IMG/VR virus record: IMGVR_UViG_3300032116_000009
Strand: one strand, 5' to 3'
DNA from: a virus
Lineage: Duplodnaviria; Caudoviricetes
Length of the DNA: 64,000 nt
How positions within the stretch are numbered: the stretch's first letter is position 1; every line of letters starts with the position of its first letter. The notes beneath the pieces were generated by a model. That model worked only from the letters and a program-made list of their open reading frames with translations, had not been told where the DNA came from and did not search any database. Positions 1 through 6,569 of this stretch are shown here, piece by piece. Both the position numbers and the translations under genes were made by a program.

Positions 1-963
1 ATGAGCATCCATAACATGGAAACAGTTCATTGCCTGAACAACAAAATTAATTCTCACATTATTATGAGGAAATCTACTTCTAAAAAGTTTGAAGTTATTT
101 AGAAACTTTTGCCAATCAAATCCTTTACGGATTAACTCACCTCTTTTTCCAATTCCATCCAAACTAATCATAATATGAACGTCTTCAAATTTATCCCACA
201 AATCAAGAACATTAGTCCCTTTATATATGAGAGTACTGAAGTTGGTATTATATCGAATAGGAACATTAGTCTTACCTTTTTCGATTAGTTTGTTCAATAT
301 TTCGTAGTGGTGATCAGCAATTAGAGGTTCTCCACCGGCAAAATATACTTCTTCAACAATATCATACAATGGTTCAATATCATGACGAACCATGTCCATA
401 TCAATTTTTGGAAACTCCCCCTTAATATCAAATTCTTTTCTCATTTCTTGTTCCCAGGCACTACTGCAACCAGGACCGCACATTCTGCATTTAAAGTTAC
501 AGATATTGTTTAATCTAAAATCCCAATATACAAGATTGAACCTTTCAAAAGTACCATCCTCTTTAGTTTCTTTGACATACTTATAATGTTTTGAATAATT
601 ATTATTCATAGTATTTCTCAAAGAAGAATGTCCAACTTCTTCTTCTTTATAACAAGATGTGCAGAAACTGGATTTTTTTCCTGCCATCATATTTCTACGA
701 AGTTCTCGCATCTTATCATTGTTCCAAATCTCCTGAAGAGACTCATTCATCAATGAACCAACACGAAAATCTCTAGGATGACCTTCGCATTCAGAAGCAA
801 TATACTTTAATGGATTTTCTTGTTCATATACATTATCTTCTTGACCATCAATACTTGTATCACTTTCACATATGGGCAATAGACAACATGGATATACATC
901 ACCATTAGGATTGATGTTCATATGAACCCAAGGAGCCATGCAAAAAGTTTTATTCTTATTCAT
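1..963 (-). CDS. Radical SAM protein with N-terminal SPASM/twitch-like Cys-rich region (3'-truncated by window edge)
   Basis: Hand translation from ATG at 963: MNKNKTFCMAPWVHMNINPNGDVYPCC...CTSCYKEE...DFRLNNICNFKCRMC (CxxxCxxC)...YFAGGEP; open to position 1, not in the ORF track. Confidence 0.9.
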   Translation of the reverse strand, partial: MNKNKTFCMAPWVHMNINPNGDVYPCCLLPICESDTSIDGQEDNVYEQENPLKYIASECEGHPRDFRVGSLMNESLQEIWNNDKMRELRRNMMAGKKSSFCTSCYKEEEVGHSSLRNTMNNNYSKHYKYVKETKEDGTFERFNLVYWDFRLNNICNFKCRMCGPGCSSAWEQEMRKEFDIKGEFPKIDMDMVRHDIEPLYDIVEEVYFAGGEPLIADHHYEILNKLIEKGKTNVPIRYNTNFSTLIYKGTNVLDLWDKFEDVHIMISLDGIGKRGELIRKGFDWQKFLNNFKLFRSRFPHNNVRINFVVQAMNCFHVMDAH

Positions 964-994
964 AACAATTTTGAATTTGATGAATCAAAATTAA

Positions 995-1068
995 TCCGAG
1001 TTGAGGGATTTGAACCCCCGGCCCTCTGCTCCCAAAGCAGATGCGCTACCAAACTGCGCTAAACCCGG
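995..1068 (-). tRNA. tRNA-Pro(UGG)
   Basis: Cloverleaf: CCGGGTT/AACTCGG acceptor, TCTGC-TTTGGGA-GCAGA anticodon arm, TTCAAAT T-loop. Confidence 0.93.
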
Positions 1069-1090
1069 TTACCTATTTCTATGTATAAAC

Positions 1091-1119
1091 ATAATACCAG
1101 CAAATGGCACGATTGTCAA
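1091..1119 (-). promoter_or_regulatory. sigma70-like promoter for tRNA-Pro
   Basis: TTGACA-17 nt-TATTAT on the minus strand. Confidence 0.75.
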
Positions 1120-1181
1120 GCCACATCCACATAAAAAAAGAAATAAAGAACTAGATGCAAGTGTCTCTACAATATGGAAAA

Positions 1182-1409
1182 TCATCTTCCTCTCCAATTT
1201 TTATACTCGTAGTAAAAATATTGGTCTGCCTCATCTAGACCACTCAAAGGTGCGTGAACATCCCAATAGGACCATTCGATACAAAACTGTTTGATATGCA
1301 TATCATTCATTGTAGTTTTTACTCCAAGCATCCTTGAAAATGAAGATGAAGCAAACCAATATCTCTGCCTAATGTGCGGTTCCATTTCCCTTATAGTCTT
1401 TGGAGTCAT
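1182..1409 (-). CDS. Hypothetical protein (probable start MTPKTIREM)
   Basis: ORF track 1182..1466; internal ATG preceded by GAGGA. Confidence 0.6.
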   Translation of the reverse strand: MTPKTIREMEPHIRQRYWFASSSFSRMLGVKTTMNDMHIKQFCIEWSYWDVHAPLSGLDEADQYFYYEYKNWRGR

Positions 1410-1477
1410 AGTATCCTCCTCTTGTTCCGAAATAGAGTGTTGATAAGACAAAAGGAATAGCAACAAATAAAAGTGCT

Positions 1478-2512
1478 TTACCTAACATGATGACCTCCAA
1501 ACATATAACGCATACCGTTTAAAATCTTGGCTCCGAAAGTACCGAGATTGCGCGAATTAAATCTTTCAAAAAGGGCAGTAGTAATAACAGGAGCGGGAAC
1601 CCCCAGGTCCACAGCGGCAGAAACAGTCCAACGACCCTCACCGCTATCGGATACGCCTCCAGAGAACTGTTTAAGGCTACCATCCCTGCGTAACACATCA
1701 GCAGTAAGATCAAGTAACCAACTACCAACAACGCTACCGCGACGCCATAACTCAGCCACCTCAGCAACGTCAATATCATAGCAATAACTTTCAGGATCCG
1801 ACATTGGAGCGACTTCTGCATCTCCCTCTCTAACATACTTTGCACCTGCATTGGCGTTCTTAATAATATTAAATCCCTCAGCATATGCCTGCATTATTCC
1901 GTATTCTATTCCATTATGAACCATCTTCACAAAGTGTCCTGCACCTGGACCACCACAATGCAACCAACCATATTCAGATGAAGTTATAGGTGAGTCAAAT
2001 TGAGTCCTGGGGGCAGCATTGATTCCTGGGGAGAGTGCATCAAAAATGCGCGAACAAGTGGAGACCGCAGTATTTCCGCCACCAACCATAAGACAGTATC
2101 CACGATCCAAACCATAAACACCGCCGCTAGTACCACAATCAATATATTGGATACCAAGTTTTGCCAGACGTTCTGCTCTTTTCCGACTGTCTTTAAAATT
2201 GCTATTGCCATGATCAATAATAATATCTCCTTCACTACAATATCGTAGTAACTCATTGATCGTCTCCTCTACGGTTTCGGCAGGGACAACCATCTGAAAG
2301 ATTCCTGGTTGTGTTCCACCATTTTTATTTTGTTTAACTACTTTAACAAGGCTTTCAATATTAGTTGCAATTCCATTAACAAATCCCTTTTCAAAGGTTT
2401 CGTTTGCTTTTTCATAATTTCTACGATATCCCCAAACTTCAATACCTGCTTTCATCATACGGCGAGACATACCTTCGCCCATTCTTCCAAGTCCGATTAG
2501 TCCTACTTTCAT
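1478..2512 (-). CDS. gnd: 6-phosphogluconate dehydrogenase (decarboxylating), auxiliary metabolic gene
   Basis: GLIGLGRMG Rossmann motif, IIIDHGNS, DCGTSGG, GAGHFVKMVHNGIEYG. Confidence 0.97.
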   Translation of the reverse strand: MKVGLIGLGRMGEGMSRRMMKAGIEVWGYRRNYEKANETFEKGFVNGIATNIESLVKVVKQNKNGGTQPGIFQMVVPAETVEETINELLRYCSEGDIIIDHGNSNFKDSRKRAERLAKLGIQYIDCGTSGGVYGLDRGYCLMVGGGNTAVSTCSRIFDALSPGINAAPRTQFDSPITSSEYGWLHCGGPGAGHFVKMVHNGIEYGIMQAYAEGFNIIKNANAGAKYVREGDAEVAPMSDPESYCYDIDVAEVAELWRRGSVVGSWLLDLTADVLRRDGSLKQFSGGVSDSGEGRWTVSAAVDLGVPAPVITTALFERFNSRNLGTFGAKILNGMRYMFGGHHVR

Positions 2513-2521
2513 ACTGTTTTC

Positions 2522-2608
2522 CTAGTAAGCGTGTGTAAGTCCCCAATAAATCCACAACCCTATAAGGGTTGCATATATCAGTGATAGTGCAAATATTGTC
2601 TTAATCAT
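2522..2608 (-). CDS. 28-aa single-TM microprotein MIKTIFALSLIYATLIGLWIYWGLTHAY
   Basis: Hand-translated; fills the gap between gnd and the upstream ORF with overlapping junctions. Confidence 0.55.
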   Translation of the reverse strand: MIKTIFALSLIYATLIGLWIYWGLTHAY

Positions 2609-2891
2609 CTTCTTCATCCTCGTAAGTAGATGGTTCTTCAAAGAGTTCTTCCATTTTTTGTTGAAAAACTCTTTGATGTAGTTCTTGCAAATCTTCTTCT
2701 GTGAATCTAACCACTAGTAATGGATCTCCTGCCTTAACGTCGTTTAATTCTGGATGTTTAACTTTTGGACTTTTTGAATACCCATGATGAGCATTCATAA
2801 TCATCCAACCTTGTACAAACATAGAAAGAGAAATAACCAAAAGAACAAACCACGGAACCAAAAAAATTAATTCAGAGTGATTTTGAGCCAT
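2601..2891 (-). CDS. Cyanobacterial-type membrane protein (DUF2973-like)
   Basis: N-terminal TM segment then HPEL.D...GDPLLVVRF motif. Confidence 0.6.
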   Translation of the reverse strand: MAQNHSELIFLVPWFVLLVISLSMFVQGWMIMNAHHGYSKSPKVKHPELNDVKAGDPLLVVRFTEEDLQELHQRVFQQKMEELFEEPSTYEDEEDD

Positions 2892-3070
2892 GGTAGTAAA
2901 GGAGGAATAACTCCAACCAATCTCAAAAGTCCCTCAGCAAATAAAGCAAGAACCACCCAACCGACGCACATACTAATGATAGAAGCATTACGGTTGTGTC
3001 GTCGTATTGCTGCATCGATCATCTCCTGAACTTCAGAACGTGTAATTAATTCATCTTGTTCGTGCATCAT
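2867..3070 (-). CDS. Small membrane protein, hypothetical
   Basis: 67-aa ORF with C-terminal hydrophobic segments; overlaps neighbours in an operon. Confidence 0.65.
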   Translation of the reverse strand: MMHEQDELITRSEVQEMIDAAIRRHNRNASIISMCVGWVVLALFAEGLLRLVGVIPPLLPWLKITLN

Positions 3071-3216
3071 TTTTCATCTCCAAAAAACTTTGCAAGAGGG
3101 TCTCTTTTAGTTTTTACAATCTCACATGCTCTTTTATAAAACATATTGTCAAGATTTCCAGAAGCCTCAAAGGTCTCTTTGATCTTTACCCAATTATTAT
3201 AGGTATGATCGTCCAT
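3067..3216 (-). CDS. 49-aa hypothetical protein MDDHTYNNWVKIKETFEASGN...
   Basis: Hand-translated; ATGA overlap with the next ORF; TTGACA-16-TAGTAT promoter at 3243..3270. Confidence 0.65.
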   Translation of the reverse strand: MDDHTYNNWVKIKETFEASGNLDNMFYKRACEIVKTKRDPLAKFFGDEK

Positions 3217-3330
3217 GTTATTATTGAGTTGTACATGGCTATATACTAATCACCCAGCCTTTATTGTCAACGTTATGTGTTGATTTGCAAAAAGTGTTTA
3301 AGTAATTGTTAAATTTGTAACTATTCTAAA

Positions 3331-3415
3331 CGGAAAGGGTGGGATTCGAACCCACGGAGGCTTTCACCTCGGCAGTTTTCAAGACTGCTACCTTAAACCA
3401 CTCGGTCACCTTTCC
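3331..3415 (-). tRNA. tRNA-Ser(UGA)
   Basis: GCAGT-CTTGAAA-ACTGC anticodon arm, long variable arm, G73. Confidence 0.95.
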
Positions 3416-3418
3416 AAA

Positions 3419-3510
3419 CGGAGGATGTTGGATTTGAACCAACGGATGCACTTAAAGTACATCGGGGGATTAGCAATCCCCTGCATTAAACCTAACTCTG
3501 CCAATCCTCC
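3419..3510 (-). tRNA. tRNA-Ser(GCU)
   Basis: GGGGA-TTGCTAA-TCCCC anticodon arm, long variable arm. Confidence 0.95.
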
Positions 3511-3761
3511 TATCGGATTTCAAAATCCAGTTTACGAACCTTACGGGCCCTTCTGGACTCTTGATATGCAAGATCTGACGCACTAAGTACACCAGAATTC
3601 TTAGTTTCCTTAACTGAGTTTAACATGACTACTTGATTTAAGTCAACAGCAGTAATAGTATCTCCTTTTACAAGAGTCATATTATCACATCCACAACACA
3701 CGGCTTTAGTTGGATGAGACTCCAACTCGGTGTTACACACCTTACATCTTACTCTTAACAT
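3510..3761 (-). CDS. Hypothetical protein with CxxC...CxC (possible Zn-binding)
   Basis: VRCKVC...CCGCDN; 83-aa ORF. Confidence 0.65.
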   Translation of the reverse strand: MLRVRCKVCNTELESHPTKAVCCGCDNMTLVKGDTITAVDLNQVVMLNSVKETKNSGVLSASDLAYQESRRARKVRKLDFEIR

Positions 3762-3781
3762 TGTACTATACCTTTAATTAA

Positions 3782-4318
3782 TCAATCTTCGGTAGGTTCC
3801 TCTACTATTTCTTCTGTAGTTTCTTCTACAATTTCATCTTCTAACTCTTCAATCTCATTTACTTCTTCTTTTAATCCAGGAGAAGACTCCAAATAAGACC
3901 TCAACATCCAAACAAATTTACCATGAGATTCGTTTAGATCATCTGCAAGATTTGAAGTTGCTCTTGACTTCTGTTCATCAGCTTCTTCAGCAACTTCAGT
4001 AAGAAGATCACAAAGATCTTGATTTGATTTTAACAGATCTTTAACCATCTTATGGCAATCTGTTGTACTTTGACCCGTTTTGACTTTTGATACTTCTAAA
4101 ACTCTCTCTAGACTGTTAAGAGGTTTTACATTTAAGAACCTCATATGTTCAGAGATGCGATCAATTTCTTCAAACATTGTTTCATATTGACCACCAAAAA
4201 GGGTATGAAGTTGTGGAAAATCTTCTCCTACTACATTCCAATGATAGGCCCAGGTCTTATGGAATAAGACAAAAAGTGATGCCTGAGCATCACTCAATAG
4301 TTTAAAAAGTTTTTCCAT
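3782..4318 (-). CDS. dps: Dps/ferritin-like DNA protection protein with acidic C-terminal tail
   Basis: KTWAYHWNVVGEDFPQLHTLF...EEIDRISEH ferroxidase signature. Confidence 0.92.
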   Translation of the reverse strand: MEKLFKLLSDAQASLFVLFHKTWAYHWNVVGEDFPQLHTLFGGQYETMFEEIDRISEHMRFLNVKPLNSLERVLEVSKVKTGQSTTDCHKMVKDLLKSNQDLCDLLTEVAEEADEQKSRATSNLADDLNESHGKFVWMLRSYLESSPGLKEEVNEIEELEDEIVEETTEEIVEEPTED

Positions 4319-4350
4319 TATATCAAAAATACTTTAGAAGTATTTAGTAA

Positions 4351-4422
4351 TGGGAGATACTGGATTCGAACCAGTGACTTCACACTTGTAAGGAGCGCAC
4401 TCTACCGCTGAGTTAATCTCCC
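4351..4422 (-). tRNA. tRNA-Val(UAC)
   Basis: GGGAGAT/ATCTCCC acceptor, CTTACAA loop; one U-U mismatch in the anticodon stem. Confidence 0.9.
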
Positions 4423-4566
4423 GTTAGGGGTGGGGGGTGAGAATTGGCTTTACTCACAACCGGGAAGGTTTCACTAGCCTAACGTTATTCCCAGTACTTA
4501 GGTTCTCTCAGGTAGAGAGTTCTATACCTTTGATTTCTCAACGATACAGCGGGCACCACCCCTAAC
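4423..4566 (-). ncRNA. Candidate 144-nt structured non-coding RNA
   Basis: Perfect 11-bp terminal stem GTTAGGGGTGG/CCACCCCTAAC enclosing about four hairpins, including TTGA-GAAA-TCAA; no ORF. Confidence 0.6.
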
Positions 4567-4640
4567 CTACTACATTACTCCGTACATAACCACAGGAGTT
4601 ATTCTGTCACACCCAGAGAACTTCCGTCGAAATTCTCAAG

Positions 4641-4712
4641 AGCGGAATACCGGATTCGAACCGGTGACATCCAACTTGGAAGGATGGCGTTCTACCACTG
4701 AACTAATTCCGC
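4641..4712 (-). tRNA. tRNA-Gly(UCC)
   Basis: GCGGAAT/ATTCCGC acceptor, CTTCCAA loop, U73. Confidence 0.95.
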
Positions 4713-4720
4713 ATGTACCA

Positions 4721-4749
4721 ATTATAAACTATGTAGTTTAGATTGGCAA
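4721..4749 (-). promoter_or_regulatory. sigma70-like promoter
   Basis: TTGCCA-17-TATAAT upstream of tRNA-Gly. Confidence 0.7.
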
Positions 4750-4750
4750 G

Positions 4751-4832
4751 TGTCGGTGAAAGGACTTGAACCTTCACGGATTACTCCATATGGGCCTAAA
4801 CCATACGCGGCTACCAATTACGCCACACCGAC
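4751..4832 (-). tRNA. tRNA-Leu(UAG)
   Basis: TATGG-TTTAGGC-CCATA anticodon arm, long variable arm. Confidence 0.93.
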
Positions 4833-4892
4833 AGTTGGTGACTTCGGATATGATGATCCCGAAGTCTTATGAAAGAACTTATGTCCTTTCAA

Positions 4893-4965
4893 CTCCCCCA
4901 CCTGGACTCGAACCAGGAACCCCAGAGTTAACAGCTCCGTGCTCTGCCAATTGAGCTATAAGGGA
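4893..4965 (-). tRNA. tRNA-Asn(GUU)
   Basis: CGGAG-CTGTTAA-CTCTG anticodon arm, G73. Confidence 0.95.
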
Positions 4966-4970
4966 ATGTG

Positions 4971-5047
4971 TGCCGTTGTGGGGGAATCGAACCCCTACTT
5001 CTCTAACTCCCTTGTCGGGGTGTCCTGACCACTAGACTACCAACGGC
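4971..5047 (-). ncRNA. tRNA-like element with aberrant anticodon arm
   Basis: GCCGTTG/CAACGGC acceptor, D arm GTCT-AGTGGTCA-GGAC, GGGG-TTCGATT-CCCC T arm; no canonical 5-bp/7-nt anticodon arm. Confidence 0.65.
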
Positions 5048-5050
5048 ATT

Positions 5051-5125
5051 TGGTGGCGGGGGGAGGAATTGAACCTCCTTCCTGAAGCTTATGAGACTTC
5101 TGTGCAACCGTTACACTTCCCCACA
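5051..5125 (-). tRNA. tRNA-Met(CAU), atypical (1:72 mismatch)
   Basis: GAAGT-CTCATAA-GCTTC anticodon arm, encoded CCA, U1xC72 mismatch. Confidence 0.8.
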
Positions 5126-5365
5126 ATGATAGCAGCATTTCACTGCTCGTAACACTTTCTTTACAGGGCTGTTATCACCCCGTCTCTCTAAACTAGGGCA
5201 GTAGACTTACTGCGAGAGAATGCAACGATGTTGTTTGCGTTTGTTTTTTGTCCCGTCAACAGATACAACCTTACTACCCCGTCGAAACCTTGGCAACCCC
5301 TTGCAATGGAGTTGTGGGGAGTCGAACCCCAGTCCGAAGCAACAGAATTTGCATCCTCTTGAACA
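5126..5365 (-). ncRNA. ssrA: Circularly permuted (two-piece) tmRNA; outer ends approximate
   Basis: 3' piece (GGGG-TTCGACT-CCCC T arm, CAACTCC-A) lies upstream of the 5' piece GGGGTTGCCAAGGTTTCGAC; G3-U70 pair; tag frame 5238..5188 = ANNIVAFSRSKSTALV*. Confidence 0.92.
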
Positions 5366-5371
5366 TAGTAT

Positions 5372-5400
5372 ATAGTATCAGAAAATTGTTCGGTTGTCAA
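5372..5400 (-). promoter_or_regulatory. sigma70-like promoter of tmRNA
   Basis: TTGACA-17-TACTAT. Confidence 0.75.
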
Positions 5401-5487
5401 CGGAGAGAGAGGGATTTGAACCCTCGGTGAAATTACTCCCACACAGACTTTCCAGGTCTGCTCCTTAAGCCACTCGGACACCTCTCC
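5401..5487 (-). tRNA. tRNA-Ser(GGA)
   Basis: CAGAC-CTGGAAA-GTCTG anticodon arm, long variable arm. Confidence 0.95.
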
Positions 5488-5525
5488 AGTAGAAACATCA
5501 TACCATAGACATGATGTTTGTCAAG

Positions 5526-5996
5526 TCATACAAAAATATATTCTTTCCATTCTGCAACTCTACTTTTCTGAAGATCTAAAACGACTTTACTAAAAGGAGC
5601 ATGAGGAATCTTTTTTAAAGCCATGTTAGTTTCTTTAAGAAGAAGATTTCCTTTTTTGGAATTACATGATGCACAACAAGTTACTAAATTTTCCCAAGTA
5701 TCTTCTCCACCTCTGGACCTAGGAATAACATGATCTATTGTTAGATTAGTTTTAGATCCACAGTATTGACACTCATTATCGTCTCTTTTATAGATCATAG
5801 ATCTAGTTGGATAATCAGTTTTACCGTGTGTGAAGGGCAATTTTACATAATTAACTAAACGAATAATTCTTTTTGTAATTAGTTTTGCTTTTTCTTTGAA
5901 CAAGAGTACTATGGCTCTTTTCCAATTTGTAAAGTGAATTGGTTCATAGGAGCTGTTCAGAACCAATATTGTTGAATGTGGTTCTACTATTTCCAT
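5526..5996 (-). CDS. HNH endonuclease
   Basis: [10 protein letters not shown]-terminus; CQYC...[13 protein letters not shown]...[17 protein letters not shown]. Confidence 0.92.
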   Translation of the reverse strand: MEIVEPHSTILVLNSSYEPIHFTNWKRAIVLLFKEKAKLITKRIIRLVNYVKLPFTHGKTDYPTRSMIYKRDDNECQYCGSKTNLTIDHVIPRSRGGEDTWENLVTCCASCNSKKGNLLLKETNMALKKIPHAPFSKVVLDLQKSRVAEWKEYIFV

Positions 5997-6034
5997 CTTT
6001 ACATACCTATACCTCTGATATTTAGATTTTTAAA

Positions 6035-6109
6035 TGGCACCCTGAGAGAGATTTGAACTCCCGTCTTCTTCGTTCGTAGCGAAGCACTCTTCCACTGAGT
6101 TACCAGGGC
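6035..6109 (-). tRNA. tRNA-Arg(ACG)
   Basis: CTTCG-CTACGAA-CGAAG anticodon arm, encoded CCA. Confidence 0.93.
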
Positions 6110-6112
6110 AGG

Positions 6113-6184
6113 CGAAGGATGAGGGACTTGAACCCCCACTAGCGGTTTTGGAGACCGCCGTGCTACCAATTACACCAATCCGAC
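6113..6184 (-). tRNA. tRNA-Trp(CCA), weak acceptor stem
   Basis: GCGGT-CTCCAAA-ACCGC anticodon arm; acceptor GTCGGAT/ATCCTTC has two mismatches. Confidence 0.8.
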
Positions 6185-6185
6185 A

Positions 6186-6262
6186 TGGTATCCATGAGAG
6201 GACTCGAACCTCCAACAAATAGATCCTTAGTCTATTGCCTCTTCCAATTGGGCTACATGGAT
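6186..6262 (-). tRNA. tRNA-Leu(AAG) with short variable loop
   Basis: ATAGA-CTAAGGA-TCTAT anticodon arm, 5-nt variable loop, encoded CCA. Confidence 0.8.
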
Positions 6263-6265
6263 ATA

Positions 6266-6336
6266 CTGGGTGACTAGGATTCGAACCTAGATAAACGCCT
6301 TCAAAGGGCGGTGTCCTACCATTAGACGATCTCCCA
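6266..6336 (-). tRNA. tRNA-Gln(UUG)
   Basis: U1-A72, CTTTGAA loop, G73. Confidence 0.9.
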
Positions 6337-6408
6337 AGCCCTCAGTCGGATTTGAACCAACGACCTACTCATTACTAGTGAGTTGCTCTACCACTGAGCT
6401 ATAAGGGC
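6337..6408 (-). tRNA. tRNA-Thr(AGU)
   Basis: GCCCTTA/TGAGGGC acceptor, ACTCA-CTAGTAA-TGAGT anticodon arm. Confidence 0.9.
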
Positions 6409-6410
6409 GG

Positions 6411-6481
6411 GGTGCCGTATGGGAATTGAACCCATCTAGTCGGTTCCACAAACCGATGCCTTACCACTAGGCTAACGACAC
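6411..6481 (-). tRNA. tRNA-His(GUG)
   Basis: TCGGT-TTGTGGA-ACCGA anticodon arm, C73. Confidence 0.9.
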
Positions 6482-6482
6482 A

Positions 6483-6556
6483 TGGCAGTAGATGGATTTG
6501 AACCACCGACCATAGGAATATGAGACCCGTGCTCTGCCAGACTGAGCTATACTGCC
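6483..6556 (-). tRNA. tRNA-Met or Ile2 (CAU)
   Basis: GGCAGTA/TACTGCC acceptor, CTCATAT loop; weak anticodon stem; identity not resolvable by eye. Confidence 0.8.
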
Positions 6557-6569
6557 GTATCGTAGGTAT

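Noticed and set aside
1001-1294. ORFs overlapping tRNAs (also 4766, 5248, 6030, 6399, 6520, 7539, 7691)
   Set aside because: Chance open frames across or antisense to GC-rich tRNA genes.
1478-2512. gnd, hsp20, mazG and regA as novelties
   Set aside because: Well-known cyanomyovirus genes; listed only as features.
4423-4566. RNase P, SRP or 6S identity for the structured element
   Set aside because: It lacks the GAGGAAAGUCC RNase P core and the SRP helix-8 motif, and is multibranched rather than rod-like as in 6S.
4839-4890. Short hairpins between tRNAs (also 4615-4637 and 7179-7200)
   Set aside because: Isolated small stems consistent with ordinary spacer or processing structures; too little evidence for separate RNAs.
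5188-5481. 97-aa ORF in the ORF track
   Set aside because: It runs through tRNA-Ser and tmRNA; only its last 16 codons are meaningful, as the tmRNA tag.
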